In this document: positions 62,520 to 64,000 of the stretch, piece by piece
Layout of the letters: each line of letters begins with the position of its first letter
Position numbering within the stretch: the stretch's first letter is position 1
Source of the DNA: Octopus bimaculoides
Lineage: Eukaryota
DNA: 64,000 nucleotides
Direction: 5' to 3'
NCBI RefSeq assembly: GCF_001194135.2
Contig: NC_068982.1
Location: 54,103,292 to 54,167,291, forward strand
The notes under the pieces: model-generated
Databases searched by the model: none
The model's input: only the letters and a program-made list of their open reading frames with translations
Told to the model about the DNA's origin: nothing
Program-made: the position numbers and the translations under genes

Positions 62520-63048
62520 TGGGTGGAGTCCGCCATTCATATTGAATTCCTTCCTACTTCTTCTGTCTAGTTTTGCTAATTCAGTTTTTGTCCAATCTAC
62601 AAAAGCTGCTAAGTATCTAAGTAATGATACTGCCCAAGAATTTACAGCCTTCACTAGATTCAGACCATTTAGCTTTGACTTCATTAGCTTCCTCAACCTT
62701 CTGATGCATTCCTCAATTTTCGCTTTCATTTTTAAAATGTATAACTCTGTCGGATTCTAATACTCCTAGATACTTATAACTCTCTCTTTCTTTCAGTGAT
62801 TTTAATGTCTGACCATCTGATAATTGCATGCCTTCACTGCTGACTCCCTGTCCTTTTCCATGACTACTATCGTACACCTGTCTATGCCAAATTTCATGCC
62901 TGTATTTTTGTATGAAAAGTCTTACAGTTTACTTTAAGGAATCTATTTCTTATTTATTCTTACAAAAAAAATTTTTTAAAAAACTTCAGATCATCCATGT
63001 AGAGCAAAGGGTTCATTTTCCTTAACTACTTTTGAATTGATATCCTGC
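62520..63048 (-). mobile_element. R4/Dong LINE RT C-terminal segment (inverted)
   Basis: MNPLLYMDDLK at about 62985-63020, then RRLRKLMKSKLNGLNLVKAVNSWAVSLLRY...LDRRSRK...LHP. Confidence 0.9.
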
Positions 63049-63052
63049 CTTT

Positions 63053-63517
63053 GCAGGATATCAAGTACTAGAAAGTAAGAAATACAAGATTTTGTGAGAC
63101 TTTAACATTCAGACTGACAGAGTAATAGAAGCTAGAAGGTTTGATTTAGTAGTAGTAGATAAAGAGAATAGAAAGTGCCAGATAATTGACTTTACAGTCT
63201 CAAATGATGAAAAAAATCAATTTAAGAAGTATAGAAAAAGTAGCAAAGTACCAGGACCTAGCTACTGAATTACAGAGACTTTGGAAAGTGTAGGTAAAAT
63301 GTATCCCAGTAGTTATAGGTGCATTGGGAACTATCCCTACAGATCTGAACAGCTGGATAGAGGAACTAGACATAAAACCCAGTTTAGAACAGCTCCAGAA
63401 AACTGTTATTATGGACAACTAAGATACTTAGGAGGGTTCTTGGCATCTAAGGTTATTTGTTGTAGCCTGTTAGGATTTTTTCTTTTCCAACTGCCTACTC
63501 TGTTGCGTGTGTATGAA
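63053..63517 (+). mobile_element. R4/Dong LINE RLE domain and 3-prime UTR ending in (AAT)n
   Basis: KIL*DFNIQTDRVIEARRFDLVVVDK...IIDFTV...EKVAKYQDLATELQRLW..IPVVIGALG, a PD-(D/E)xK RLE. Confidence 0.92.

Positions 63518-63589
<72 letters not shown>
63518..63589. repeat. (AAT)n microsatellite between two R4 copies
   Basis: Seen directly. Confidence 0.97.
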
Positions 63590-63591
<2 letters not shown>

Positions 63592-63594
63592 TGA

Positions 63595-64000
63595 TGTGAT
63601 ACCAAAAAAAAATCATGCTTCCTCATTGATATGACTGTCCCAATCGACATAAATGTATCTGTTAAGACCTACTAAAAACTGGGCAAGTATAAAGATCTTA
63701 GAAATTGGCAAAATGTAGAACCTCAAGACTAAAACAATTCCTGTTGTCATAGGTGTCCTAGGAATGATAGCAAAAGGGTCTGATTCCTACCTAGCTCAGA
63801 TACTAGGAAACCCCAAAATGGCAGAAATTCAAAATATAGTGCTCATGGGAATTGCCCATATCCTACGTAAAATACTGTCTATGTAATCACAAATATTAAA
63901 ACAAATTTTCATATGTTTTCTTGAACAATCGCTAGACCAATACTATGTGCAAAACCAAATATATGACATTCTAGGCATAACGCCAACACGAACTTCTAAC
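63595..64000 (+). mobile_element. Second R4/Dong subfamily, 5-prime-truncated RLE C-terminus + 3-prime UTR
   Basis: LIDMTVPIDINVSVK..KLGKYKDL...KTIPVVIGVLGMI...IQNIVLMGIAHILRKILSM* (stop near 63886). Confidence 0.88.

Overview
This is AT-rich, microsatellite-dense eukaryotic DNA from a gapped draft assembly, with 17 N-gaps that are nearly all flanked by simple repeats. The SINE repertoire looks like octopus; that is recognition from memory, not a database result. I found no host protein-coding exon, tRNA or rRNA gene, or CRISPR array that I can support. Most ORFs in the track are microsatellite or N-run artefacts. The real coding remnants all belong to transposons: mariner pieces (one near-complete), an internally deleted pogo/Passer element, R4/Dong and HERO-like restriction-like-endonuclease LINEs, RTE, CR1/L2-like and L1/Tx1-like LINE relics, and a Penelope-like element (RT + GIY-YIG). 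At least three SINE families contribute dozens of copies. The most interesting signals are (i) several minus-strand hammerhead-ribozyme-like motifs of the Penelope type, two with an enlarged stem II carrying extra hairpins; (ii) an R4 LINE inversion whose junction is a perfect 12-bp fold-back palindrome; (iii) a minisatellite at the deletion breakpoint of a pogo transposase; and (iv) R4/Dong copies abutting (AAT)n arrays. I cannot claim a new biological system. The enlarged hammerheads are the best lead. Element boundaries are read by eye and are approximate unless stated as exact.
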